Assembly: GCA_051362555.1 (NCBI GenBank)
Contig: CM120641.1
Location: 48,614,401 to 48,678,400, forward strand
Length of the DNA: 64,000 nucleotides
Direction: 5' to 3'
Source: Lingula anatina
Lineage: Eukaryota; Animalia; Brachiopoda
Part shown: positions 1 to 13,600 of the stretch, one piece after another
Layout of the letters: each line of letters starts with the position of its first letter
Numbering within the stretch: position 1 is the first letter of the stretch
Notes under the pieces: generated by a model
The model's input: only the letters and a program-made list of their open reading frames with translations
The model's database searches: none
Told to the model about the DNA's origin: nothing
Translations under genes and position numbers: made by a program

Positions 1-764
1 ATGATTCCTGACAGTGTGACTGCTGCTTATCAACATATGTACATACAGGGCTAGATGTTGTGACCAAACGGAACCAGATCCCCAGTTAACCAGGTATAGT
101 GTTAATGACATCCTGAAGTTTGAATTTGTTTAGATTTGACACCTGTTATGAAACATGGTGATAACATATTTAACACTGTGTCAAGTTGATTGGACTAACA
201 GCATGATAATAAGGAAGGCATTTAATTTGTTTTGATGTATTTAGGAACTGCTTAAAACTATATTTTTGAAATGGAAAAAAAATCTTGGGTCCCTGACTTC
301 AAGCTAGGGCTTATTGATAATCACAGCATCAAAACCAAATTAAGAATTAAAGTTATATTTATAATGTTGAAAAACTTATATTTTCTAGATTTTAGAACAA
401 TTTTGATTGATTTTTTTTTTACGTTTCTAACTTTAACTGATTTTAAATAATGTCCATGCACATGTTTGGTGTGTACTGCAGTACGAGCTGACAAATGTTA
501 AACTAAACTTGAATTGGAATGCAGTACTAATTTAGTTTGCAACATGTCACATCTGCTTTGATATGTTATAATAGAAAACAGGAGAGGAGTTTTGAAAATG
601 CCGAAATTTCAACACAGCTATCACTAAACATTTTAAAGTTGACAAAATAATGTAACAAAGTGCAATTTGTCACTTTTTCCGGTCTGATATATCAACTGTA
701 AATCTGTACTTGCCTGTGAGTTTCTAGGATTTCCCTATGAGTGAATTAATTTTTTTGGTTTCAG

Positions 765-953
765 GAAAAAGAAAAGCAGAATCTATTAGATCACAAACTT
801 ATAGTTCACAAGTCAGCTTCGCATGCACATCGCCCTCCTCAACCAACGTCTTATGAAAGGGAACTTCTTGCCGAGAAAAAGAGGCGGCGAAGACCGAGAT
901 CACTCTCAAGCGTGGGGCCGCCAGAGACTGAGTTTTATTTCAAATATGAATAG
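765..953 (+). CDS. Possible terminal coding exon of an unidentified plus-strand gene converging on cadherin gene 1
   Basis: Strong acceptor (ttttttggtttcag|G at 764/765); phase-0 frame open for 62 codons (EKEKQNLLDHKL...KKRRRRPRSLSSVGPPETEFYFKYE*), GC-richer than flanks, followed by UTR-like AT-rich DNA. Frame and identity uncertain. Confidence 0.35.
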   Translation, partial: EKEKQNLLDHKLIVHKSASHAHRPPQPTSYERELLAEKKRRRRPRSLSSVGPPETEFYFKYE

Positions 954-3900
954 TGAACTCTTAATTCGGTAGACATAGTCTACTCACAATGGGAAAACCA
1001 ACCAAGACTTCACAGCCCTTTACTTATGAATTTTTTACTATCAGGACAAGGAAATCTCAGACCCTGAGCTGTATGGCGATGAAGTACATGTATCTTATTT
1101 CTCAAAGAAGACTGTCTGTAATATTCTGAAGTGCCAATTATGTTTCCCTGTGTACACATAGCTGTCAAGAATTGTTTCAGTCAAGTTCAGTGAAGGATGC
1201 TGATACATATGTGCTCAACTGAATCTTATTGAACATGCAATGAAAACATCAATACCTTGAACAGTCTGTGACACAATATTTTGGGGATATACTTTGTTTA
1301 TAAGAAGAATCATCATGTGAAATTTTAATCTGAAATTGCTCAATAATATTGTATTTATCATATCATTTATTGCTATTTTGAAAAGATCATCATGTTTGGA
1401 AATTTCTTTTGTTTACTTTTGTTTTAGCACATCAGCCCCTCCCCCCTCCTCCCCTATTTTAGACATTAAAACAGGGTTTTATAAAGTTGGTCACAACAAA
1501 TTAACCTAAATAGGATCTGATCAGATATAGGTTTTATGCAGTGTTATGGTCAATATATTATTATCACAAAAACAAAACCCAGGAGATTTATCTCGGTAAA
1601 TTATACTCACAGTGAAAATTTAAAGTCCTCTTTTCCTCCTGTTATTAGCCAAAAAATAAAAAGAATTTAGTTTTCCTCAGCTGCAGCAGACCATCTTGAT
1701 GTATTCACACACAAAACAAACAAACAAACAAAAAACTTATCAAAGGAAGAATCTTTTGCATAACTGTCATATTTTTCCCCTCTAACAGCCAGTAAACATG
1801 ATTCCTAGAATGATTTGAAGCATTCAAAAACAAAAAGTGAAACAATAATCAAGTTGTAAGTAAATAATTTATTGAAAATATCAATAAATTTGTTTAGCAA
1901 CCAAGGACCAGCCAATTGTGCACACTTCATTTTCAAATGATTTGACATGAAAAATGTTACTTGGTCCCCCTCAGATTGAAAATTAATAAATAAAAACAAT
2001 GTTTTATCTCCTATGAAAATTAATTCTCTTCAAATGAACTTTCTTGTGACATAAATTATGATTTATTCATATTCACTTGGCTTGCTGTCTAACTTTCTAT
2101 GTCTGAGCACCATTAACTGCCAACATTAGACCAGTTTAAATTATCAACTATAGACTAAATATATACGTATAACATACAGCAGGTAGACTGACAGCCACCT
2201 TACCTAACTAAGCATAAGGTCAGTGATACAAGCCTAACACCTAAACCTTGTTTGTGAAAGCAGAAACAACACATTGTATGCTTAAAACCATACTACAATA
2301 AATATACAGCAATTGTCTACTAGGTTACATGTTAAATGCAGTGACATGTGTACTGAATATATGAAAGGTTTATTTTCTTTTGTTGTCACTGAATAAAAAA
2401 CAATTCCTGATGATTCTTATAAAGCTGCAGCAATGACCTAATTATACATTTTCCCTAGAAAAATCTGTTGCAAATTCTGAAAATAACATCACTTTTTCAT
2501 ATGTTGGTTATGGAATGATTTGGCATACTAAAAAGAAAATTGAGAAATCAGAGATATTTTGATATGACACGGAAAGAGATAATGTTAATTAAAATCAGAG
2601 ATAATTTTATCTTTAATGAAATATGCTAATATTCTAGTACAAGTGGTCAAGCAAATGAAATGCTAATGGCATATCTGAAACAAATATGATCCATCGACAA
2701 AAATATACACAAATGTGATTCTTAAACCTGATTCAAAATACCATACTAGCAGTGAGACAGTTACTTTGGCACAATCACTGAAAGAATGAACAAAATCTAC
2801 CAACATTGTGAGCTCTCATTGTTTGCAGACTATAATAATACATTGTTGAAATTCAAATTGAACCTCTGAAAATTTTTGCCACTCCAGATATAAAACTATG
2901 TTGTCTGTCATACTCAGTTATGTGCTACTTATCGTTATTTCAAGTTCATTTTCTTCATATTTCATAGTCATTTAAATATGAATTACCCATAGACAAACTT
3001 ATTCTACAGGTAATATGGGGTAAATAGGTGAAGAGATACAAGCTATATCTACAGTATCATTTTTAAAAGCTCAAAATCTAACAGTGATCTTAAAAGTTTT
3101 CTAGTAAAAACGACCCCAAGTTCCTGGGAGTTGATGTCAAGCTATAAGTACAGCTCACATTGTTCCTAACACTTATGTTTGTACTGCTAGAAATCACCAC
3201 TGGTCCCTGGAGTAATATAATGGACGTGTCTTTATCAACAGATTCTGGTCCCAGGTTATGAACACTGAAATACTTGAAATGAACAACTACATACTGGCAT
3301 TCCAGACAAGTTTTTGGAATGGTGATTATTTTCAATCAAAATAAAATTGTACTTTAAAGATTTGGACAGAAAGCCATAGTTCAACTCAATTATCTCTTTC
3401 TCTACAAAATAAACTGGTACACTTAAAAGTCCAATAAAGCCTCTGCAGGCTTACAACTAGCTATCTATGTTGACATGGTAGGATATTTAATTGACAGGCA
3501 CTAACGAGAACAAATGAATTGACATTACTACAAAAGCATTAATCTTAGAAAAAATTAAATAATAATGATAATAATTATGATAAATAAATTTGAAAAAAAT
3601 AAATAATGAAAATAAATAATGATAAAAATAATAACTTATAACAGTTGCTAAATATCATTTTTTAACTTAAAAATAAAAAACACACATCAGAATTACAGTA
3701 CAGCAAAGAATAAGAATACACTTTGATCATACACATAAATCATATAAAAATATTTGCATTTAATAGGCCTGATTCTCTGTCAGAGCCAAATGATAAACAA
3801 GGAGAAGCAGATGCAGAGAACCAAGCTCTGCCAGAATCACCATGCTGCATAGCCATGACTAGAATCCTCAAATCTTTGCATATTCACCCTCTTTGTAGGG

Positions 3901-4323
3901 TCATAACATAATCAACAAACAACACACAAGTGCCTACTGTTTATGGAACAATACTGGTTCCTCCTACTGCAGCTAATATAATTCACTTTTTTTGCAGCTC
4001 TACAAAATAATTATGACAATTCATTCCTGACAAAAAGCAACTCTTGTTCTCCATCCATTATTATGAAAAAGAAAAACAATTGTCATGATTCGAACAATTT
4101 GCAGGGCATCCATTATTACACTGGTATGCATGGACATTTACTTGCATATCTGGAAAATTGTCAGAACAACTGACCTGGTACTTGTAAACTATCTCCATCT
4201 TCGTATTCCTGCAATCTGGGTCCTGCAAAGACGCTATCTACGCAGACGATGGTTTGATTATCCGTGTTTACTTAATCATTTGAGCACCATAATGGAATAA
4301 GAAAGAAGCAAGTTGCGGCAAGT

Positions 4324-4645
4324 TTAGATATCAGTGGTCTGCATCCCATTAATGACCACAGTTCCAGCCTTGGGGTCAAACTTCATCTGACCCTCCTGGT
4401 ACGGCGTCTGTCCACTGGTGTGATTGAGGTCATTTTTGTCCATCTTTGTGGCATCGTGCTCGTTTAGAGCCGCTTGGAGGAACATGTCACTCTTGGCTAC
4501 TTGAGCTGGGGAAATGTTGGTGTCAAAGTCATCATATAAGTCTATTGTCAATGCTTTGTTGTCATATCCATTGATTTCCTTGGCTTCTATCACATTGTCA
4601 TCCAGTGAATTTGTGTCGCTCTCTGATCCCGTGCTTTCACTGTGG
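4324..4645 (-). CDS. Cad87A: Gene 1 last exon (SLDDNVIE...GMQTTDI*)
   Basis: ORF 4324..4593; acceptor tctctgttccag, phase 2; stop TAA. Confidence 0.9.
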
Positions 4646-7600
4646 CTGGAACAGAGAAACAGTCAAAATTCAGAAACATGAAAAATGTACATGGGACAAT
4701 ATCAAAATCTTGGCTATACCTCATAATTTGGACTGAAGATGCCACTCTAAAATGAAAGTAAGAGCAAAGACAAAGTTCACCCCAGCACCGCAGGGAAGCA
4801 AATCAATGAATCAGCCAAATGACTGCTCCCAAACCTAAAGTAATGCAGACATACACACAGATTGAAATAAACAACCAAATGTCCTTAAAATGCATGCAGT
4901 TGGCAGATCTAGTTGACCAACCAATCAAATTGCTTACCTTCAGACAACACTGCCAAAATATTGGCTGCATAAAAATAATCAAGAAAATCATCAACTTTCT
5001 TAATCTCAGATTTGTGCATTCTTCATTTACAGGATAAAAATAGCAAATAATAATCAAAGAAAAGGAATGCTTAGTAAATAATAAGAGATGAGGATATCAT
5101 TAAAATATGTTTTTTTTTATATAGTTCACTTTTTTGTCAAAAATGTCCAATTTTTCTTTCAAATAACCCCCACAAGTCTCATCTGTACATTGTATGTTAT
5201 ATACTTTCCAAGTTAATAAAATAACTAATACTGCTTAAAATAGTGTTTTACAAAGTGAAAAATCAGCAAATATATAGGCAAGAAACTGTTGAAGATGCTG
5301 ATTTCTTCAAACCCAAAAACCCACAAAGGGTATTCTGATTTCCATCAGTTTCTTATTACAGATCAATCATTGTGAATGCTGTGAGAACAGGTGATCATTT
5401 AGATGTTTTATGTACAAAAACAAATTTGATGAGTCAAATATTCAGGCAAATGTAGAAAAAAATCACATATTCATAAAATGATGTGATTGATGCTCGGTGC
5501 TGTCATGTATAGAAACAGTTATCTTCATTATGAAGTCATTGAGTGTCCAGAAGAAGTTGACTAAGTGTTAAAGTCAATCTCTCAGGACTGACTAAACCAG
5601 AAGTGTCCAGTGTTACTGCTGTATGTCTGCAGACATATACTACACACTGCACTGCACTTTTATCCATCTCTCAAACTTCAGCATCTAAGCAAAAATAGCT
5701 TCTTCTAAAAACCAAAAAAACAGAGTATTCCAAATATAGGCATCACAAGTGATAACAGAGATAACACTGGCAATGCAGAAGTAGCAGAGACATCTGGTGT
5801 CCATCAAGCTGCATGCGGCATGCACTGAGACGGAGCTCCCACTCACCTCCATTAAAGCTCAGTACTAATATTAAATGGCCGGAACCGCCGCATTCGTCTA
5901 AGCAGCAGCAGCAGCAGGACGGGACAGAAATACATGTTAAAAGGCTACCTATGCCCAACATGCACATACACATATAATGCAGCTATTTAAATCACTAATC
6001 ACGTCAGTATCACACTGACAGGCATTGTTTAAGAAAGGCAATCAACAAATAAACCATGGCAAATTTTGGTCATCTTTCTGTTCAGATAACCCCATCAGCC
6101 ATTGCTGACATCTTCTACTAACAGACCCAGTATTAACTGAATGCCATGAATATACACCTTTCATCCAATCAAGGTAGCCAGCTAGAGCACCTGTACAGAC
6201 AGAAATACACAGGACTGCATCTTTTCCAGCTGACAATCTTCCAGCAATAAATACAAACATGCCCAAGCAAAAGATTCATAAGAATAATGACACTTTCAAA
6301 GCATGCAAGCATGCAACCCTGGCAATTTTCAAGGATTAAAATTTTGACTCCATGCCATTTTTAACAGAGCTGCTGGTCATAAGCATTACTTTCTTGAACA
6401 AAGAGAATAATTTTAACAGAATACATCTAATTTCATATAATCAAGATATGCTGGTAATTGAGTACACACCTGTTTGTAACTAATTCTGAACATATACAGG
6501 TCTTAAATGTATTCCACTTATCTGATGCTAGTAACTTTTACCTCATTAACATTAATTCACTGCAAAATTCTAATTAGTGTCTGTACATAAAAAGACCTAC
6601 CTGTCTGCATCTGCTTCTTCGCCGTCTGGCCAAGCATTCTCCATCTGCTGACCAAACAACGGGTTAGTCCTGCAGGGAGAAAACAACATAAACATCATTT
6701 ATCATTTGTCCATCATAGCACCTAATACTATACGTGATCATCATCCATATCATATCTCACACTGAAGCATGAAATATCACATCAATTAAGCATGCCAATG
6801 TTAGAGATCATCAGTCACAAAGTAACAGAGCCCAGAATTCTCTGTGCAAAATCATACAAAATGCAATGACATTTTGTGTTTAAGGACAATAAAATGAATT
6901 TGAAGCCATTGTTAATTTACATTTAAACAAGGATCAGTGAAACAATAACTATGAACTGAAAGAAATGTTGTATGTATATAACCATTGTGCTTTTAAAAAA
7001 GTGAAGATATTGTTTAAAATATGTTAGTTCTAAATAGCTACGTATCTACTTTCAACATGCACACACCATTTACCCACAAGACTAGTATTTGATGTATTTG
7101 TCCTTTTGACTCTGGTCATATAGACAATATAGCCTAGTCTACGAGTAAAGAAACAGTCGGGAAAAATTGAGAGATTGACAAAAATGTATAAGAGACTGTG
7201 CTTCAGACATGACAGTGTGTGCAGAATCATAACTCAGGTAAAGATTGTAAAGAACAGGATTCAGTGTTAGTAATAAGTACATCTACATCTAATGAACTCC
7301 ATACATAATTTATACTTTCTTGTTATTACAGTAATGTACAGTGTAGCTTAAGCTCAGTATATACACTGAGGGAAATGTTCTTATATATGTATATACAATA
7401 AGAGGGCAAAATATTGATGCACATAAAAAAAACATTTGTTAAAATATACTCTTTTCTTCAACCAAACTTGGTTACATTTAGAAACGATGGTAAATTTCCC
7501 AGATCATTAGGTGGATAAAAATATTGATTATTTATTAAATCCTTCATGAACAACATCTGCTAAGTCAAAAATAAGAAACAACATTTTTTAATGAAAAAAG

Positions 7601-10600
7601 GTTTCTGATAACTGCTTAAGATGTGGACTTTTTATAAATACTTAAAAACCAAGATTTTTATGGTCAAAAGATAGGAGGCAGTAGTATTATTGATAATAAT
7701 CCATGCAAAAGCTACAGTTTCTTCATGCAGAATGAAATTCAAGCTATAACCACAGCATTCTGTCGCTGCGTCATCCTAGCCATATCACATCAGAGAGTGC
7801 GTGTTGGGATGACTCACATGCAACATACAAAATATAACAGAGAACTTAATTATAAATAGCATAACAAGGCAAATAATCCTACTCATAATAAATGCTCAGA
7901 GACAAACACAGATGCGGGGAGAAGAACATAAACATAATTGTAGTCTAAAGAGAATTCACTTGCTTTACCCTAAAACCTGGTTTGTCCCTCATTTTTAAGA
8001 GGGTTGACGTAGGCATATTCATTTTGTCCATACCAGTCATCTGTAGCTTCCATACTGTGTGGAAATAAAACAGCGGAAAATGCTAATGATGCAATTAAAA
8101 TCACACCAGGTGCTCTGCATAGAAACATGTGCTATTTTTGACCCAAATAAGTGATCACTGTATGTGCTATACACAAAAGCTGGGCATACCATGTAAGAAG
8201 TAAATCCTGCAGATTTGAGACAATATTCAAATTTCATATTTAAATTTACTTTTAATTCAATCATAATTTGTATGCCCAAAAAAGCCAAATATTTATTCTT
8301 AGCTTAAGAATATCATTTCAGCTTTTGCAAAGCAATAATCAAATGCACTTAATAAGCAGAAAATCAATATAAAAAAATAACTATAAGAAAAACAGACTTT
8401 AGGGTGATATGGAGGAAATATTATTGTAGTTTTAATTTTCATAATCATTTTGTCATTTTGTGAGTACCCATCATTCCACATTGTAAATTTGTGGAATGTA
8501 ATGCATAGAACTTCAGCCAAGTATAATAAAAGACAAGTATCTTTCTTAAAAATGAAGTGTAAGTCTGGAAACAAAATAGAAGATTAAAAAGAAATCTATG
8601 TTTTTGTTTTTTCCACCATAAAGATTTTGCATCAAGGGGTCATCTTTCAGGTCAGTGACAAAAACAGCTGGTATACCAATCATGAGTCTCAAAATATTGA
8701 TCTAACATCACAACAAGCCTCAGTAATGATTTTCTTCTCATATTGGGCTGGAAAGTCAGATCATTCTACTTCTTGACAGCTGAATACCACTGGTCTGTGT
8801 TATGCTGAGATTAAATGGACTATAATCAAGTGGTATTCGCTCAGCATGTAATCCACAAGCACAGGCTCTTATACTTAATTAAGTGTCTACAGTAAAACTA
8901 CACCTAGACGACAGAGACAAGTTGAGGAGGGATTTTTATAAATGTCTCTAGAACTATATCAACTGGTGTCAAAACAAATCAAGAACACTGTTATTATATC
9001 TAATGCTAAACCAATGATGTTAGTTGCTTTTCAAAGAATTATGACATGTACTACTAATGAAAATGAAGAACTAAAAGCAATAAATGAAATTTCTATTGAT
9101 TTTCTGATCAGTAATGGTTTGGGATCAGAATATGTTGGGTTTTTTTTGCCTAATAAGTCATTGATTTTATGTGAACTTTTAGCTCTGTGAACATAAGTCG
9201 TAAACACGCAAAGCCCAATTAATAAAACCCATTGTTCAATATTACAAAAAACAAAGAATGATTCCTGTCATAATTTGTAACAAGAACAGCAAAAAATAGC
9301 TCTATCAAAATTACAAATTCAGAAAACTGACAGACAGGCCATGGGGTAATACAGGCAGCAGATATGCAGAGCAGAAATGCAAACAGAAAAATTGCCATAA
9401 ATATATGTATAATGCACTCATAATCCTTAGTCTTGTGTTATAACCACTAATACTGGATTACTCATGATGAAGGCAGTAGGGTGCTCTAGAACTAGATTAC
9501 TCATCACCAGATGATAGAACTTGTGAAGGTAACATGGTATACGTTATAGCATTCACTTTAAATGAAATTCACTGAAATAGCTGTGGTCAAATGAGAGATG
9601 ATATTGCAAGCATCCATAATGGAATAAAGATGAAAAATTTTGTTCGACAAAATTAAATGCTGTGAAACAATTAATAAAAACCAACATTCCCATTCATCAA
9701 TAATTCAAAGGCTACAAACACTTAAAGATGCAAATCATAAATGAAGTGTAGATAATTCAATAGTCAGAACTGATTTAGACAAACACCAAATGCTAAACAA
9801 TCAAGATCACCTTGTAGACCCTGCAAAGAAAAAGTAAGTGAAAAAATCTATTGTAGAAATATAAGCTAAAAACTTACCCTTCAAATGTGTGTAAATTGGT
9901 CCCAGGTACAAGATCCACATGGTTTAAACCATTGTCATTTGTATCTGAAGAGAAGTGACAGTTTATTATATTAGTGTGATTGCTATGTAGAGACTTATTA
10001 TTGTTGTGAAATGCTTATAATATAGAAATATAGTAATTTGTAATATGTAAAAGACACTTCAGCTTTGTGCATTTTCTTTTGCTTTTTTGTATTTCCTTTT
10101 TTCAGGAGGAAATGAAACTGAACTTACTGTAAGCATATGCTGTGGCAGCTTTGAGCTTCCTCTTGTATCTGTAAAAAAAGCAGAAAAATTTCAAAGTAAA
10201 GATGAAAAGCATATCATTATCAAACAGAACTGTTCATCTGTGACCACACAGTAGACATTTCAGTCCAGCTAAGGTCACCTTTGTTTCCATGGGCAAATAA
10301 AAAAAAAACAGTCTTACTACATGCAGTCCTACTACTACTATTATCCAAAGCTTATAAAAAACATTTCTGTACATGAGCACATTTGCAAACATTTCATCGA
10401 CAGATCACATGAATTTTCGTTTTTATATATCTGTTACTTACTTCCTCCTGGCAGTGAAGAACATTCCTATCAAGATAAGCAGCAGCAGCAGCAGTACCAG
10501 TGCTGTGATCAGGAGAGCCATCCTCAGCGGCTCAGCCAGACCCTCCACAGGTGGTTCCTCAGGGGTGATTTTCTGGATCAAAGATATATTATATTGGTGA

Positions 10601-13600
10601 ATATTTGTTGGTTTAGACTGGGATACTATCATTTATAAGACATGTATTCAAGTTTTCAAGCTCTAATATAACTGTCCTAGGTATGGTCTATCAAAACAAT
10701 ATATTTAATCCTCACAGCTACTGAAGAAATAGTTCCATGTAAAAGCATGAGCCTCCCAGCACTCACTGGGTGATACATCAAATTGATTTGAATTGAGGTA
10801 ATTTTATTTAAACAAAAGGGACTAACTGGCCTAAGGGACCATACCCAGACCCTAAATTAACTGTGGATCGCTCTATCTCCGAGACGATCCTCGCTAAATT
10901 GCAATTAACTTAAGCAGCTAAGATGTCTGTCACACCTACTGAAGCTGCTAGGAGCAATTATGGTTTAGCAGTTTCAGAAGGCATGCCAGCCATCAAAGCC
11001 ACTAAAGCCGAAAGCAATTTAGTAAAAAAACTCTTAGAGCAGGATCGATCCTGTTAGATCGATCTAAGTATGAGTCTAAGGGATATTAATTAGCTAGGAT
11101 TTTTTAATTATTATCTCCAAAAACAGCAAGAATTAGGCTTTGGGTTGAGTCATTGGCATGAACAACTATTTGAAAAGATGATTTGGTCACATTTAAGCTA
11201 CTTTTCATTGTGCAATTCCAATCTCACATGATTCATGCATTTTAAAACACTGCATCTTAAGGTATTTGCTGAGAATCTATTGCAATATGGACAAGAACTA
11301 ACAAAATTCCACACCATCTTTCTCTGTGACATGCAGTCCTGCATGAATCTCTAGTCTAATGTATGTTTTAATACAAATGATGGAGTTGAATTCTTTTTAG
11401 TATGGCACATCTGTATCAAATTATGCTGTTCAATCATAAAACCCACTAAAATTGGTTATTATGTAAATGTTTCTTTAAGAAATTGGTTTTAAATTTGTGA
11501 AGATGCACTTACAGTGACTTCATGAACGCCAAATCTTTTATAAAATGCAGTCAACTGGTCCAAATTTGCTTCTAGTACACTGAAAAACAAACAAAACAAT
11601 ATAAGTTTACTGAGAGATAAATACAGGATCAATTAAATCTACAGCCTCTTTATTATAACAAAAATGTCTTAACATTAATATTTCCCCATGTATATTTATA
11701 ATAATAATATCATTATATGGCAATTGATATGAAGGGCCATTATAAAAGATATACGTAGACACGTTTTTATATCATTCAAATCAACATAACAAGGCAGCAA
11801 AGCTGTCAAATGTACAGACAAAAAACAGAAAATAAAGATGCAAAAAAGGTCATTTTGTCAATTTTGATGCAATAATAAATAATGCTTATAATAGCACTGT
11901 CAGTCAACACTGAATTTTAATCTTGCACAACAGGTAACATGGTCAATAACAGGAGCGGACCCAGAGATATTTTCTGACAGTATTACAAAGTATCTATGTT
12001 GATCCATCCTCCATTTTGATGGTCTTCCAACAGAAAAAAATAGATACCAGTCAATATAAACTTAATAACCTGACTGTCTTCAGGAAGACCCAGAAGATGG
12101 TCCACCCCTTCAATAAAACTACAGTTTCAGGACCATGAGAGTTCAAATTCACATTATGAAACTCTCAATATTTGAAAAATGATGACAGTGCATAAAATAA
12201 TATTACATAATGTTTAAAGACATAAAAAACAATACAACTGCTTTTGTAGAAATACAGAAAATATGCAGAGCCCCAGGCAGATGAGAGTTAAAAGTCACAA
12301 ATGCAAGTGTTTGAGAAAAAATTATAAAGGAAAACATAACAAAGCTAGAAAAGCACTTTGAGAGTGCAGACCTCTGCCAAGGCAGCAATTGTTGATTATT
12401 ATTGATAATTGATTGATTATTGTTCCAGACCACCACCAAAAATTAATCATTGTCCTCTTTGGCCCACTTCCGACAGTTCCTGAAAATTTCTGCAAAATCA
12501 GTCCATAACTTTTTGTGTTATGTGGATGACAGACAAACGGGGGTGAAAATATGACCTCCTTGGCAGAGCTTGAGGTAAATATAATTCCAATGAAGATGCT
12601 ATTCAAACTTTTAATCTTCCAGTTTGATATATATATATATATATATATATTATTTAAAACTTATTTGCAATATTAAACAAAATTTACCTGCATAATCACT
12701 GCTTCCTTATTATTAATCTAGCAGAGAGCTTAACCTTTGGGAGTTTACAGGGAAATATCAACAAGTGTGCTTTATGTAATCTCATTTAATGGCCTATTAA
12801 GGCAAATGACTTTATAACTCTGAAATTAATCTAGTGATACCCAAGGGTAATTTACAGACTGACCCACTCAAAGGTCTTTAGGCCCATAAGTCACACTTTA
12901 AGAAAAGCACAAAACCATAATGCCCAAAATAGGAGACTACCAATCCTGATGCAATAATACATTATGTTTAACTGCACAGTCAACATCAACTTATGCACAA
13001 CAGGTAACACAGACGAAATTAAAAGCATAAGGCTTCAGGCCCATCGGGGTTCAAGTTTATACTTAGAAAGTGCCAGAATGAGAAAAATGAAAATTTCACA
13101 AAAAATGCATAAATTCAATAAAAATGATAATCCAATAGAGCTGGTTTTCTCATATGAGCTGAAGGCCAATCCTAAAAATCGTACTTGTAAGTTAAAAATG
13201 ATAATAAGTAGCACAGTTTTCTTTTCATAATGTTTGCAGTAGCAGTGCAAAAAGATTGTTGTCAATTTTGATGTAACATTACATAATAAATTAGAGAATA
13301 ATTATCACCAATTTTTGTTTATTGACTATAAATAGGATGGACATGTAGAAAATATGATTACCATTCGGCTTCATGTTCATGGGAGCTCTGAGTCCCACAA
13401 TGAATATGCCAAAAAGATAATGAATATTACACTAAAATGTATAGCTTCCAGAAAAAGAAGCCAATTAGACTGCTTTTCCAACTCAGGCTGCATTTTAGTC
13501 CTGTGTTTCTTTTTTGAAAGTTTGACAGTCATAAGTAACACAGTTTTCCCATAATGGTCATCAAGGCAGCAGCACCCAAAATTGTGTTTTCTTCTATTTT

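Noticed and set aside
1-93. Exon ending at CAG|gtatag (93) upstream of the 765 exon
   Set aside because: No frame joins cleanly to the long open frame of 765-953; cannot be supported
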